Positions 15,013-30,417 are shown, numbered from the stretch's first letter. The stretch is DNA of 64,000 bases from the human T2T-CHM13v2.0 reference genome, Homo sapiens (GCF_009914755.1 NC_060929.1), one strand, 5' to 3'. Notes: a model not told the origin generated them from the sequence alone. A program made the numbers and translations.

Positions 15013-16998
15013 CTATTTTAAATGGGATTGCATTCTTGATTTGGCTCTCAACTTGAACATCATTTGTGTATAGAAATGCTACTGATTTTTGTACATTGAT
15101 TTTGTATCCTGAAACTTTACTAAGTCATTTTTAAGTTCCAGGAGTCTTTAGGCAGAGTCTTTAGGGTTTTCTAAGTATAGAATTATATCATCAGCAAAGA
15201 GAGATAAGTTGACTTCATCTTTTCCTATTTGGATGCCTTTTATTTCTTTCTCTTGCCTGATTGCTCTGACGAGGACTTCCAGAACTATGTTGAATAGGAG
15301 TAGTGACACTGAGAATCCTTGTTTGTTCCACTTCTCAGGGAAAATGCTTTCAGTTTTTGCCTGTTCAATCTGATGTTGGCTGTGGCTTTGTCCTAGATGG
15401 CTCTTACTATTTTGAGGTATGTTCCTTTGATGCCTAGTTTCTTAAGAGTTTTTATCATGAAAGAATGTTGGATTTTATCAAAAGCTTTTGCTGCATCTAT
15501 TGAGATAATCATATGGTTTTTGTTTTAAATTCCGTTTGTGTGATGAATCACATTTATTGATTTGCATAAAATGAAGCAACCTTGCATCCCAGGAATTAAG
15601 CCTATTTGTTTATGAAGAATTACCTTTTGGATGTGCAGCTGGATTCAGTTTGCTAGTATTGTCTTAAAAATTTTTGCATCTATGTTCATCAGGGATATTG
15701 GCCTATAGTTTTCTGTTTTTGTTGTGTCTTTACCAGGTTTTGGTATCAGGGTGATGCTGGCTTTATAGAATGAGTTAGAGAAGAGTCCTTTCTCCTCAAT
15801 TTTTTGGAATAGTTTCAGTAGGATTGGTACCAGCTCTTCGTTGTATTTCTGGTAGAATTTGGCTATAACTCCATCTGATCCAGGGCTTTTTCTGATTGGT
15901 AGGTTTTTTATTACTGATTTCAATTTCAGAATTTGATATTGGTCTATTCAGGGTTTCAATTTCTTCCTGATTCAATCTTGGGGACTATGTGTTTCCAGGA
16001 ATTCAGCCATATCCTCTAGAGTTTAGTTTATATGTATGGAGGTGTTTATAATAGTCTCTGAGGATCTTCTGCATTTCTGTGGGATAGATTGTAATGTCAC
16101 CTTTGTCATTTCTGATTGTGCTTATTTAGATCTTCTCTCTTTTTTCTTTATTAATCTAGCTAGCAGTTTGCTGATCTTGTTTATCCTTTCAAAAAGCCAA
16201 CTTTTGGTTTCATTGATTCTTTGAATGGAATTCAGAGTCTCCATTTTGTTCAGTTCTCATCTAATTTTAGTTATTTATTTTCTTCTAGTAACTTAGGGTT
16301 TTGTTCTTGTTTTTCTAGTTTCCCTGGGGGTGATGTTAGATCATGAATTTGAGATCTTTCTAACTTTTTGAGGTGGACATTTAGCACTATAAACTTTCCT
16401 TTTAACATTGCTTTTGCTGCATCCCAGAGATTTTGGTATGTTGTGTCTCTGTTTTCATTTATTTCAAATAATTTCTTGATTTCTGCCTTAATTTTGTTGT
16501 TTATCCAAAAGTAATTCAGAAGCAAGTTTTTAAATTTCCATGTAATTTTGTAGTTTTGAGAGATCTTCTTGGAATCGATTTTCATTTTTATTCTACCACA
16601 TTTTGACTATGGCTGGTATGATTTCAATTTTTTTTAATTTATTGAGACTGAACATGAGATTGAACATGTGATCAATCCTGAAGTATGTTCCATGTGCAGA
16701 TGAGAATATATATTCTGTGGTAGATGGGTGGAATGTTCTGTAGATGTCTCTTAGGTCCAATTAGTCAAGTGTCGAATTTAAGTCCAGAAATGTCTTTGTT
16801 AGTTTTCTGCCTTGATGATCTAAGGCTATCAGTGGGGTAATGAAGTCCCCCACTATTATTGTGTGACTGTCTGTGTCTTTTTGTAGGCCTAGAAGTACTT
16901 GTTTTATGAATCTGGGTGCTCCAATGCTGTGTGGGTATATATTCAGGATAGTTAAGATTTCTCATTGAATTGAACTTTTTATCCCTAATGATTCTATA

Positions 16999-17120
16999 AA
17001 ACAGTTGCTACTACTATTCCCATTTTTCCCCATAGATAAGAAAAATTGTGGCTTAGAGAAGGCAAGTCACTTGTCCAACGTAGTAAAGTGCATATTAGGA
17101 TTCTCAGATTAATCTGACTC
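16999..17120 (-). mobile_element. MIR, right half
   Basis: ctattcccattttt...gcttagagaaggcaagtcacttgtccaa. Confidence 0.7.
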
Positions 17121-17612
17121 TTAACCATTCCCTTATTCTACCCCCATTCAGGACTCTCTTATCTCCAGGACAACTCCCTCAACTAGCTCAAACAAGGAGA
17201 GTTGTTTACTAAAAAAATACCATCGACAATCCCTTAGACATCCAGTGCAGAAAAGTAAATACTGTAGGACCACCTGGGAAATACAGCTAAGAAGCCAGGA
17301 ATCAAGACTATTCCCACCAGCTCTCATCACCTGATTCTTTGTAGTGTCTACTGCAAATTTATACAATATTTTTTCAAAATCTGGGGGCTTCGGTTTCTAT
17401 AAGACCAATGTCTGTCTATTTCCAATGTCTGAATCACCCTCTGATAGGTGTCTTATTAGAGAATTTATCATATATTTGTTGATATGGAATAAAGATAACT
17501 CTTTAATTTGATTTCCTCAACTACTACTAAAAATAAAAACTAAATTCTGACTTGAATTAGTCTGGGATTTTAACACACAGGGAAATGTTCTGTTTTCATC
17601 TGGTATTCTCGT

Positions 17613-17913
17613 ATGTTGTTGAGGCAGGGTCTCACTCATCACCCAGGTTGCAGTGTAATGGCTCAGTCAGTCATGGCTCACTCTAGCTTTGATCTCCTAG
17701 ATTCAAGTGATCCTCCTATCTCAGCCTCCCAAATAGCTGGGACTACAGGCACATGCCACCATGCTTGGCTAATTGTTTTAATTTCTTTTTTTGTAGAGAC
17801 AGTGTCTCACTATGCTGCCCAGGCTGAGCTCAAACTCCTGAGCTCAAGTGATCTTCCTACCTCAGCCTCCCAAAGTGCTGGGATTACAGGCATGAGCCAC
17901 CATGCCCCGCCTG
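17613..17913 (-). mobile_element. Alu (AluJ-like)
   Basis: gaggcagggtctcactc...cctcccaaagtgctgggattacaggcatgagccacc. Confidence 0.9.
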
Positions 17914-19594
17914 GTATGCTTTTAAACGTAGAAGCTAATGCAAATCACAGAGCCCTATAGGAAGATGGTAAATGCACTTATCTTCTCAGGTGAATAGACT
18001 TCAATAACTACCCTCTCCTCATGAAAATTTTTTTAAGGTTTTGCAATTGGTTTATACAACATTTCTATGTAAAAAGTCTCCCCTACCCCATTTCTGTAGT
18101 TTGTCTATATAAAGACAGAAAGAAGAGATACTGCTATAATTATGCAATCTAGGGCCCTTTCCTTAAGGCCAGTAGTTCTATTACTTCAGTGCTGTATTCC
18201 ATTAATAGAATCACATTCCAGTACAAAGCACAGAGCTTGGAATAGAGCCCAGTTCTCCTGACTTCCAGCCTAGAGCCTGTTCTAAAAGTTGTTCAGATGC
18301 ATGGGGGATGCAGGGGGTGGACAATTGGGAATGAGTGGTTTGTGTGTGACCCAAAACAAAAGAACACGAAGCATCAAATGGTCAGCCCTTTTCCTTTCTC
18401 TCCATTTAACACCATGATGTTACCTGGCACTGTATCTGGTTGTGATATAAGAACATGATGGTTTCTGAGTAAGGTTCTGTGTGTGCATGTATGTTCTGTA
18501 AATATCTGTTTATTGATATGTTTCTTCTACTGGACTGCAAACTCACTTATAGCAATCATGGTGCTTATTTATTTTTATATCTCCATCACCCAGAATATGG
18601 CCTGACATGTAAAAGGCATGCAAAAAAAATGTTTTTGGGAGGAAGGAAGCCAGGAAGGAAGGAAGGGTGGGAAGGAGGGAAAGACAGAGGGCTACACAAT
18701 TTGCCTCAAATGAAGGTTCTATTTAAAAGATTCAACCAAAAAGTGAAAGTAAAATAAATCTGTGGCTACTTGAGAAAAGTAGAAAAACTTTCTTATTTGC
18801 CTGAGGAGTAGAAGTCCTCTGCATTCCCTTCTCTTTTGTTCCCCCTTTCCTTCCTTGTTTCAACTTACTAGTTTCAAATGATTTTTAAAAATGAATAATG
18901 CTACATAGAGAAAAGACTGGAGAAAAGATAACGAAATGCTGTAATAATAGAAGTTGTCAAAAAAGAAAAAGAAAATATATTTAAAAAGACGAAAAGTCAG
19001 AATAAGCAATAAAAAGTATACAAGTGATAGAAAATATGTAATATAAAGACACTAACCATGATTCAATATTAACTACTTCAAAATGATCTGTCAGTTGCAA
19101 TGCATGAATTGCATTGTCAAAACATTTCACACGAAGAAAAAGAACATGCCAATCATGGCAGGAGGAAAGAGAAAGGCCAGGACTAATATTGATGGTGTGA
19201 TCATTAGTTCCCAAAACAAGGAAAGGAAGTAGCTGTATGAATGTTTCTCTGAGAAAATATGAGAGATTCCATAACCCTAAATTGTTGCCTGTGGATTATA
19301 AACAGTGATTCTTGGACTTGCTCCGGGTCTAAACCATCTGAGAGTCATGGGACCTTTCTAATCTGGTAGAGGCACTTGCACTCCACTAGGAGTCATTTGG
19401 TAAGTAGCATGAACCAAAGATTTTCCTTTTTGTTATGAGGAGGAAATTATTGTCATATTTCTTTTTCGCTTACTTCTTTTCTTCCTGCAAAGTGAAAAAA
19501 AAAGAGTAATTATTCAACATTAGAACATCTCAGGTCAGTCAGAGTTCCACAGGAGTATGGTTGAAACTCAGTGGTTAGAAACAACCACTCAGTG

Positions 19595-20185
19595 ATTCAT
19601 TCACTCAACAAATATTTATTGAGCATCTAACATGAACTAGACTCTGTGAACACAGGAACGAACATGACCAACAAGGTTCTTGTCTTTGAGAAGATTCCAT
19701 TCTTGTGGGAGAGGACAGATAATAAACCAAGGGACAGAAAACATCTTCTCTGAGATTCCATCCTTCTCCCGCCAACCTTCTCCTCCTCCCTTATACTCCA
19801 GGCACATTGGAGAACACTGGCCTTCTTTCCATTCTTAAAATATGCCAAGCCCAGTCCTGGCTCAGGGTCTGTACCTTCGCTCTTCCCTCTGGCTGGCAAG
19901 CTCTGCAACCAGATCTTCACATTGCTTCCTCCTCCTCACTGAAGGCTCAGCCAAGATGTCACCTCTCAAAGAAGCCTCCCTGATCATCCCCTAAAATAGG
20001 CCTCCCTCAAGCTCTATCCATTTCTATTTTATTTTCTTTACATCTCTTACTCATTGAAACTGTGTTATTTATGTACTGACTTGTTAAATTCTCAGTCTCT
20101 CCCACTAGAATGTCAGAGCCACAACAGCATGGGTTTTACCTGTTTTGTTCACTTCTATATCTCATGCATTTACAACAGTACTGTT
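19595..20185. mobile_element. L2 fragments (minus ~19595-19730, plus ~19760-20185)
   Basis: attcattcactcaacaaatatttattgagc (L2 3' end, antisense); tctctcccactagaatgtcag...ctgttttgttcact (sense). Confidence 0.7.
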
Positions 20186-20269
20186 AGAAATGTCCATTTA
20201 CCCACATGCCTAATGACAAAGTATCTATAGTCAGAGGGCCTAATCTATTATCTGCACTGTGATATCTGG

Positions 20270-20825
20270 TCTCTCTAGATGGCCCCTAGTGAGTTGGTAT
20301 TCACATCTTGTGTAGTTCTCTCACCTTGAATCTGGACTAGCCCTATGGCTTACCTTTGACCAAGAGAATGCAGCATAGGAAAAGCTGCATGACCTCCAAC
20401 TGTCTCATAGGAAGCCTTGGAGATTCTACCTTGGTGTTATAGGACACATGGTCTGGAGGATGCCAGAGAACAAGTTAAAAAAAATCCAACTGTACTGAGA
20501 TGGCCATGCTGTAAGGCAGCCAAAGCTAGCCACGTGGAGCACTGCACAGACACTGAAATGCTCAGCTAGCCTTCAGCTCTTCCAGCCATCCCAGCTGAAG
20601 CACCAGACCTGGGAATGAAAATTCCATCTTGCACATCCAGCTTAGCTGAGTCTTCAAATGACTTCAAACCCGGCCTTTATCTGAGTGCAAATGCATGAGT
20701 GATCACAAGTGACAACCATTCAGCTGAGCCCAGTCAATCCACAGAACCATGAGAGGTAATAATAAATTATTGTTTTAAGCCACCAGGTTTTGAGGTGGTT
20801 AGTTGTACACCAACAGATAACTGCA
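20270..20825 (+). mobile_element. MLT1 (G/H-like) MaLR LTR
   Basis: ccttgaatctggactagccc...cagctgagcccagtcaatccacagaaccatgag...aataaattattgttttaagccac...acagataac. Confidence 0.8.
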
Positions 20826-22263
20826 AAATGCAGCCACCAAAGATAACTCTAGATTCAAACATTTCTTTCCCCACAAACACTGTATTCACACCTGAAGGTC
20901 CTTGGGCTTTCTCTCCAACACACTCTCCTACAAGATATGTGTCTTTGCCACTAACAAAATTTGTTTGGCACATTCACTCTCCTACAACCCTAAAAGTACC
21001 CCCCTGCAAGTCTGGAAAACTGGATCTTTGTTCTCATGAGACGACTGTAATTTTGGCCAAGTCACTGAACTCCGTGAAAGCTTGGGCTCTTCTCTGAAAA
21101 ATGATGGTGGAATTTTATTTTTAAATTGTGTTCAGTGTGTGGCAGGCCAAATAGAAATTAAGAAAGAACACAAATATATTAAACAGATACAAGTAGAAGA
21201 GTTTTAATTGAAGCAGGAGAGACTGCATTGAAATAGCAGCAGGAAATAGGCCCAGGAGTCAGAACACCTGAGTTCAAGTGCTGGGTCCTCCCCTCACTAG
21301 ACCAAAGAGCCCTGGCCTCCTACAGAACCCAGCATGAAAACCACCATGCTGGATGATCACAGGGACCCTCCCAATTCACACATCGTGATCTGTAACATTT
21401 GCCATATACAAAATAGGCATGTACTTTAAAACTCTGAGATAGATATTAATGTATTGTTTCTGTGGCATCATTTATTTTAATTCTTAAAAAATAACATGAA
21501 CTGGAAGAGTTTTTTTTACTGCTTCTGCTTTCTCAATTAACCAGATTTAAATTAGTGTTACAAAACTACCCTCTGGCCCCTGGACCAGTAAGCCCTTGCC
21601 ATCTTGCCTATTCCTCTGAGCATGAGTGCTAAGCATAGTGGTTGCTTCATCTCTAGGAAGAGAAATAGAAGATTTCAAATATCTCAATCTGCAGTGTCAC
21701 TTGGCTTTGGAAATATTGGCTTAAAACTACTCTACTAAATTTTTAAATCTTATTTTCAAAGTCCTCCAGCATAGAAGATTCCATAATCTACTACAGAGTT
21801 CCATTCCAATGTTTCATGGTTATATTCATTGGGAACCTTTTCTTCATATTGACATAAATCATTCAACAAAGGTAGCCATTCAGATAATGCTTCTCAACTT
21901 TCATTCTTACAATTTTTTTGAAAGTCTTAGAATTAAGTTCTTAATTGTCACTGTGTGTTTCTCTTCTGAACTTGCTCCCTTTTTCCTATTTTCTTCTTTG
22001 GACACTGGCTTTAATTGAAAACAGGAATGGTCTGAGAAGTGTTCCTGGAATTCTTTTACTTATAAAATATCATGCATAGTTAAGTTATCACAGAGCTTCC
22101 AGGTTTCATCTTGATAAGGTCATTAACATCTTCTAAAACCTATCATCAGACAATATGCAAAAACTTACAGGCATGTGATGATACTTACCTATACTTATAT
22201 TGGTTAATAAATACCCCACCACATGTTTTAAGTTAGGTAACTATAATATTTGACCATACATTG

Positions 22264-22677
22264 TGTATTAGTCGATTCTCACACTGCTATAAGGAATTAC
22301 CTGAGATTGGGTAATTTATAAAGAAAAGAGGTTTAATCAGCCATGGTTCTGTGGGCAGTGCAGACTTCTGCTTCGGGGGAGGCCTCAGGAAACTTACAAT
22401 CATAGTGAAAGGCAAAGGGGAAGCAAGCACCATCTTCACATGGTGAAGCGAGAGAGAGGTGAGAGAGAGAGAGAGAGCGAGAGAGAGCGAAAAGGGGGAG
22501 GTGCTACACACTTTCAAACAACCAGATCTCATGAGAACTCTATCACAAGACAGCACTAGGAGGGTGGTGCTACACCATTAGAAACCACCACTATGATCCA
22601 ATCACTTCCCACCTCCAACACTCGGGATCCCAATTCAACATGAGATTTGGGTGGGGACACAGAGCCAAACCATATCA
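22264..22677 (-). mobile_element. MSTA-like MaLR solo LTR
   Basis: tgtattagtc...agagccaaaccatatca termini; TSD cattg/ccttg. Confidence 0.9.
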
Positions 22678-22918
22678 CCTTGCAACCAAATCTCCACTCA
22701 AGTCTCCAAACACATTATTTGTACTCTGCCCCCAAGAGTATGAACAGATGCACAGTGTATGTGCTCAATGTTAAGGAAGGCCAATATCTGACCAATATCA
22801 AACATCAAAGCTGTTTGCATAGAAGCTCCCACCCACCAAAGGTGTTATGTCTGGCATCTTCTACCAAAGTGGTTTTAAAAACTAGAAAAAGTATCAGCTA
22901 GAAATCTTCTTTGCTTTT

Positions 22919-23403
<485 letters not shown>

Positions 23404-23819
23404 CTATTTTGTCACATGGCAATGACATTTCCTTTATTGTTTATCTGCCGTGCCTCTTGAATACTATATTCCATATATTACTGTAGAATAGCCCCAAGAA
23501 TAAACAAATTAGGCAGTTGTTTAACAATGCCTTTTAAACGTAAGCAAACATCAGTAGGTAAAATATTGTAGCTTACTTGCTCCTTTCTAATTCTTCCACT
23601 CTAGGAAAAGACTGATATTTTCCCTACCAGCCCTGCCTTCCACTTCAACCTCACCTGCTCCTTCTCACTTAAAACCACACCATTGGAAGTCCTTATACCA
23701 TGCACTAAAGAACTTTAAGCTATTTTAGGGTAACTGAGTGCTCTTTATTTGAGCCATAAGCCCATGCTAAGACTGCTTTGAATACTTGCCCTTACTCATG
23801 CATTAAAAGAGGGCTGACC

Positions 23820-24420
23820 ATGATTTCTCAAAAGGGTAAACATAGACTACCATATGACCCAGCAAGTCTACTCCTAGGTATATATCCAAAAGAAATGAAA
23901 TCAGGGACTCAGACAAACATTTGCACACCCATGTTCATAGCAGCATCATTCACAATAGACAAAAGCTAGAAACAACCCAAGGGTCCATCAACAGATAAAC
24001 GGGCAACCCAAATGTGGTATATACATGCAATGGAATATCATCCAGCCAAAAAAAAATGAAATTTGGATATATGCTATGACATGGATTGACCTTGAAAACA
24101 TTACACTGAGTGAAACAAGCCAGACACAAAAGGAAAAATATTGTATGATTCCACTAATGTGAGGTACCTAAAACAGACAAATTTATAGAGACAGAAAGTA
24201 AACTAGAGGCTACCAGAGGCTGGGAGGAGGTGAGAAAGAAAGAGTTATTGTTTAATGTATTTAATGGGAGTTTATGCCAAGGATGATAAAAAAAAGTTTT
24301 GGGTACAGATAAGTGGTGATAGTTAAATAACATTGTGAAAGTGTTGAATGCCACTGAATTATACACTTATTAAAATGATAAATAGTAATGTTATGTATAT
24401 TTTACCACAATAAATAAATT
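23820..24420 (+). mobile_element. L1MB-type 3' end
   Basis: accatatgacccagcaa..ctcctaggtatatatccaaaagaaatgaaa...gttatgtatattttaccacaataaa. Confidence 0.85.
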
Positions 24421-25250
24421 ACTTAGCGGGGAAAAGTCAGTCTGATCTGAGCTCTGTAATGAGAAGTTGGAGTGCACCTGAGATCTGAGAGTCCTCATCC
24501 AGAGTTTGGGAAATTGACAACCTCATCTCTGTTCCAAACCTATCCCTATTCTGAGGAGGGTGGGGATCTAGAGGTGAAGGCATCAGGAATGTCCCCAGGA
24601 AGAGGCAACTATGGGCACCAAGGAGACAGCCTTCAAGCTTTCAGGTCACCCAGAGTTTTCCCCATCCCACCTAGCACAGCTCCTATAGCAAAGCAGTCAG
24701 TGGTCAGGAAAGAAAAAGAGAGAGAGGCCTGACTAAGCCAACTCTTCTGGAATTTATGTAAGCTTTTTCTTTTACTTATTTTTCAAATGTCACAAACATC
24801 AATTTTGGAGCAAGCAGGCTACAAAAAGATGCTTTTGTTCTCTCAGCCTAATGATATATATGTAAAAAGAGAAGGAATAAGAAAACTTTGGAAAGAACTT
24901 GCACCTCCAAAATGTTTGAAGTTATTTAGAAGGTTAGGTGTTTTACACACACATACACCCTACAAACTACATACATACATGTACATACTATGGTTGTATA
25001 GTCTTTGTAATACTCTTAAATCTAAACTTTATTTTAAGAGAAAAATGAAGGACTTGCAGCCCCAGAACATAGTTAGTCGTTTTTTCCCAGGCATGTCATG
25101 CTCTACTGTTGCCACTTGTAATTGTTTTGAAGTCAAGTCAGGCTTCCAATAATAACGTTTATATTAATTATTCTAATTGTCAACTACTCCATTGCAAATT
25201 AGAAAACCACCAATACAAATGTCATTTGCTATAACAAGTCAATGTTTATA

Positions 25251-25765
25251 CAAGCTTGCCCAACCTGCAGCCCAGAACAGCTGTGAATATAGCCCAATAC
25301 AAATTCATAAACTGTCTTATAACATGGTGACATTTATGCACGGATTTTTTTTTTTTTTTGAGACAGGGTCTCACTCTGTTGCCCAGACTGGAGTGCAGTG
25401 GTGCATCTTGGCCCACCACAACCTCCATCTCCCAGGCTCAAGTGATTCTCCTGCCTCAGCCTCCCAAATAGCTGGGATTACAAGCGCCTGCGCCACCTCA
25501 CCCAGCTAATTTTTGTATTTTTAGTAGAGATGGGGTTTCACTAGGTTGGCCATGCTAGTCTCGAACTCCTGACCTCAAATGATCCACCCGCCTCGGCCTC
25601 CCAAACTGCTGGGATTACAGGCGTAAGCCACCGTGCCTGGCCCCTGCACAGACCTTTTTTAAAGCTCATCATCTATCCTTAGTGTTAGTATATTTTATGT
25701 GTGGCCCAAGACAGTTCGTCTTCTTCCAATGTGACCCAGGGAAGCCAAAAGATTGGACACCCCTG
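25251..25765. mobile_element. MER30 (hAT-Charlie MITE) split by an Alu
   Basis: caagcttgcccaacc...cccaatacaaattcataaact on the left; gtgtggcccaagaca...gggaagccaaaagattggacacccctg on the right. Confidence 0.8.
25344..25642 (-). mobile_element. Alu (AluS)
   Basis: Poly-T plus full Alu; flanks tgcacgga / tgcacaga. Confidence 0.95.
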
Positions 25766-26489
25766 ATTGAGAACAATGCCTGGAACTTTGTAGCTCTCAA
25801 AAGTTTGTTCAATGAATGAATGAGCGAATGCTTCCAATACAAAACCTTAGAACAGGCAAGTCAAAATGTCACCAAAAGGTGGGAAGAAGAGGCATTCACG
25901 GTACTGGTTGAGTGCATAGTAAATAAGGTACTTGCACAACTATGGGCAACAAAGAGACGGCTTGGGAATTATCAAACACCAATTTTGATTTTGATGAGAA
26001 CAGTCATAACCCAATATTTGAAGATTTTGATGGTTGCTTCTTCTTTGCCCCTCTAACCACCCCCCCCACCCCAGAACGATGAAGGGTTAACCAAAACACC
26101 ACCAAAGGCAACTACTTATTACCTTTGTTATTCCCACATAAAAAATTGAGCAGACCTATTGTTTAAGCAGAAGAGGCAGTCCCTCAATGAAGCAATATCC
26201 TGTTTGAATAATTTAGGATGGGGCATAGGCCAGCCCACACAGCGCATTTGTGTGACAGGGCGTCCCACTCAGACGTCTCCATTTCCGGTATCTAGAGCCG
26301 GCTGCCCTCTAAAAATCCCCCTGTTACAGTCGGGATAGAAAACAAAAAGCTTAATTTACCAGGAGGCTAAACAGATTGTGCCTTCTTAGGCAAATGTTCC
26401 ACCTGCTTGGCCAATTAGCTTCCTCTCCCGAAAGACTCGTTCAACAGGTTTCCTTTTTCTCTTCTCTGCCTCCTGGGTTGGGGAAAGAG

Positions 26490-26960
26490 GCTGTCACTTC
26501 GCTTCGACCCTCCCCTTCCCTCCCTCTCGGCTTTTCCACAGTGGGTCGGACCAATCGCGCCCGCTCCGACGTGTCCAGGTCCGCGGCCCCGGGAGCTTGG
26601 CGCGGCCCGGCCTGGATGCGCTGGGCGGAGGGTGCAGGGGAGGGCACGGCGCCGCTTGCTTGGCCTGCGCACCCGGACCTAGAAGCCGGGACGAGCCGGG
26701 GCAGAGCCAGGCGCGCGGAAGTCTGAAGGTGCCCTCCAGACACGGCCCCGATGACTGAACTACAGCAAGATGTGGAAGACACAAAGCCTGCGAAAGTGCT
26801 CGGGAAGAGGGAGAGCAAACTTGGCTCAGCCCAGTGAGTATTCTCAGCTGGGACCCATCCAAGGAGGTGGGAGGAGCGCAGCCTAAACTTCTCTGCCCCG
26901 GGACGCATTTTGGGTGGATGCGGATTTCTGGAGCTCCTATATGGACAATCTTGTGGCGCG
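26490..26960 (+). promoter_or_regulatory. CpG island promoter / 5' UTR of GRAMD2B
   Basis: The main CpG-dense, GC-rich non-repeat stretch of the window. CCAAT box at 26551-26555, GGGCGG at 26623-26628, ETS-type GCGGAAGT at 26715-26722. Confidence 0.85.
26751..26833 (+). CDS. GRAMD2B: First coding exon (83 nt, phase-2 intron follows) of GRAM domain-containing protein 2B (GRAMD3)
   Basis: ATG at 26751 reads MTELQQDVEDTKPAKVLGKRESKLGSA plus CA, followed by donor CA|GTGAGT at 26834, inside a CpG island. The peptide matches my recollection of the human GRAMD2B N-terminus (continuing ...SAHSEAENG...). No downstream exon was recognised in the window. Confidence 0.9.
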
Positions 26961-27869
26961 CTCTCTCTGTCTCTCACTCTCTCTCTCTCTGTCTAGATAT
27001 TCAGTTAAGGAGATGGTTTAGATTGATTGAAAAGTCTACTGTAGGATTTAAACAAATTCTCTTAATTCAAAACTCACTGGATGTTGGGAAAATAATTTTG
27101 TAGAAAATAAGCCTAACCACATTGAAGCTCAAAGTCCCAACACAGCCCTTCGTTTAGAATGACCATTTTCACAAATTCATTTTAGTTCAGCAAATAATTG
27201 AGTATCTACTTGTTCAATAACGATGGGCAATACAAGGATAAATGTTATTTTGGATCTGCCCTTCTGGAACTTCAAGAGCAGAGTGGGGATGGGGGAGGCA
27301 CAAATGAATATTACTGTACTTCAAGGGACTTTGGTGACCATTGCCACATTAAACACACAGACAAGGTATGATAAAGAGTTTAGCCTATAATTGAGTCTTC
27401 TCTACTTTTAAAATATTTATCTATTTTGCAGTCTTTGGTAAAATTGGTTTGGGAGGAGAGGTTGTTTTTTTCCTACAAAGTGGTATTTTCTAAGCCACTG
27501 AAGTCACTTCTAATTCAGTCTATGATTTTAGACACTAACCCTTCTGAGCTCTAAAACTCTTGTTCTGGTATCAGGATATGAGTAATTTAGGAAGGAGGGA
27601 TATGTATTATCATAAGGTTATACTGATGTGATAATTCCACTTTGAAATCATTTTAAGTTGCCAAATTTTTGTGCTTAGAAACCCGGTCTAACTTCTGTTT
27701 TGAACTTCATAACTTACATTAATTATCACTAGGCTCAAAGTCTTGTTGAAGTCTGGGTGTCCCCATGGACATTTCTTCTAAGAGGATTAGAATGACTTGC
27801 TCCTCACAATTTCCCTGCGTCTGTAACTGCACCCATGTAGGCCTCATCACCTAGAGCCTTAGCCTCCTA

Positions 27870-28115
27870 AATAATAGTAGCTGGCACTTACTGAGAATGC
27901 TTACTATGTGACAGGGAGTGTGCTCAATACTTTAAATGCATTCTCACAAAGAATGAGGCAGGTGCTATTATTTCCATGTTGCAGATAAAAGCACTGAAGC
28001 TCTGAGAAGCTAAGCAGCTAGGCAGAGTCACAAAGTTAATAAAAGAGCAGCCAGGATTCAAGCCCAGGTCTCCTAACTTTACAGCATGAACTTAGAACCA
28101 CTATGCTGTACACTG
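27870..28115 (-). mobile_element. MIR (near full length)
   Basis: actgagaatgcttactatgtg...gcagataaaagcactgaagctctgaga...ggattcaagcccaggtctcc. Confidence 0.8.
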
Positions 28116-28315
28116 GTTCCTCTGTTCCAGAATCTATGATGGCCTTCCATGGCCTACTCTTAAAAATAGGCTTCTCTGCCAAGATTTTAAGATCCTTCAT
28201 GATCTGGACCCACACAGACCATTGCAACCTCACTTCCTAATACTAGTCAGCATGCACATCTTTTATAGCCAAACAATCATACTAGCAGCCCTATACTTAA
28301 AGGAGTGATATGCAG

Positions 28316-29340
<1,025 letters not shown>

Positions 29341-30218
29341 AAAGAAGTGATATGCAGAAGGAATAAGGAACTGGTATGCCAAACATAGGAGCAAATGAAT
29401 CCCCTTCTGTCTTCACTTTTCCTTACTGCTATTCCTTTCCCCTCTCTCCTCTCTCTTCATCTACTTCTAGAAATCAACTCAAGTTTTCCTTCATGTGAAG
29501 CCTTCCTTCATTACTGGCCATACTCATCTCTTCTTTACCAGTGCTCACCTTGTACATATGTGGCTTCCGCCTCATAGAATTTATCTGCTGTTATTATGAC
29601 GATTAATTAACAATTAATGTTTATTGACAGTTTAGTTTGTACAAAGTACTGTTTCAAGTTGTTAACATATATTAATTCACCCACTAATCCAGTTGTATTA
29701 GTTATCTTTCCTCTAAATAGGTTGCAGACTCAGATTACATTTTTCCTTATTGCATTTCTCAGAGGACCCAACCAACAGTCACTTTCAAGTACCATCTGTT
29801 GGTGAGCTGGGGAAGCTAAGACCCCAGACCCAGTAGTTAAGATATATACTGTAATACGCTTGTAGCTGACATTCAGCTTGACTATGTCAGGGGAAATTCT
29901 ATGTTTAAAATTTTTCTTAATCACATTTCCTATCAGTAGCGGTTAGAATTTCTAGGTACATTTACTTGCCCGAGAGCTGTGGCTAATTTGTTCATCTTTG
30001 TGCTAGAAGGTGAAGCTGCTGATACACTCATCACCGAACTGCATATTTGATTAAAAAATACAATGAATCCCTTTCTGACCAAGAATAAGTACTTTAGCTG
30101 TATATTTCCTTTTGAGATCCTAATTTTCTCCACTTTTATTACCTTTTTCATTCTGAATTTTATGTTCCCAGTACTTTAATAGTCGTAGCATAGCCAGACT
30201 TTTTTTGACACACATTTT

Positions 30219-30417
30219 TGTTTTCCTTCAAGAGGCCAGAATACCCTTGCTCTAACTTTTGTTTGTTTGTTTGTTATTTAAGTTCTGGGGTACCTGTGCA
30301 CAACGTGCAGGTTTATTACATAGGAATACATGTGCCATGTTGGTTTGCTGCACCCATCAACCCATCATTTACGTTAGGTATTTCTCCTAATGCAATCCCT
30401 CCCCCAAACCCCTACCC
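30219..30417 (-). mobile_element. Short L1PA 3' end with an extra 32-bp segment between two tails
   Basis: L1 3' UTR at 30276-30417; TSD ttgacacacatttt at 30205-30218 and 30418-30431. Confidence 0.85.

Noticed and set aside
26376-27103. Several overlapping 85-178 aa ORFs on both strands at the CpG island
   Set aside because: Expected from stop-codon scarcity in GC-rich DNA, with no recognisable protein. Only the spliced exon and the ATG-initiated uORF are retained.
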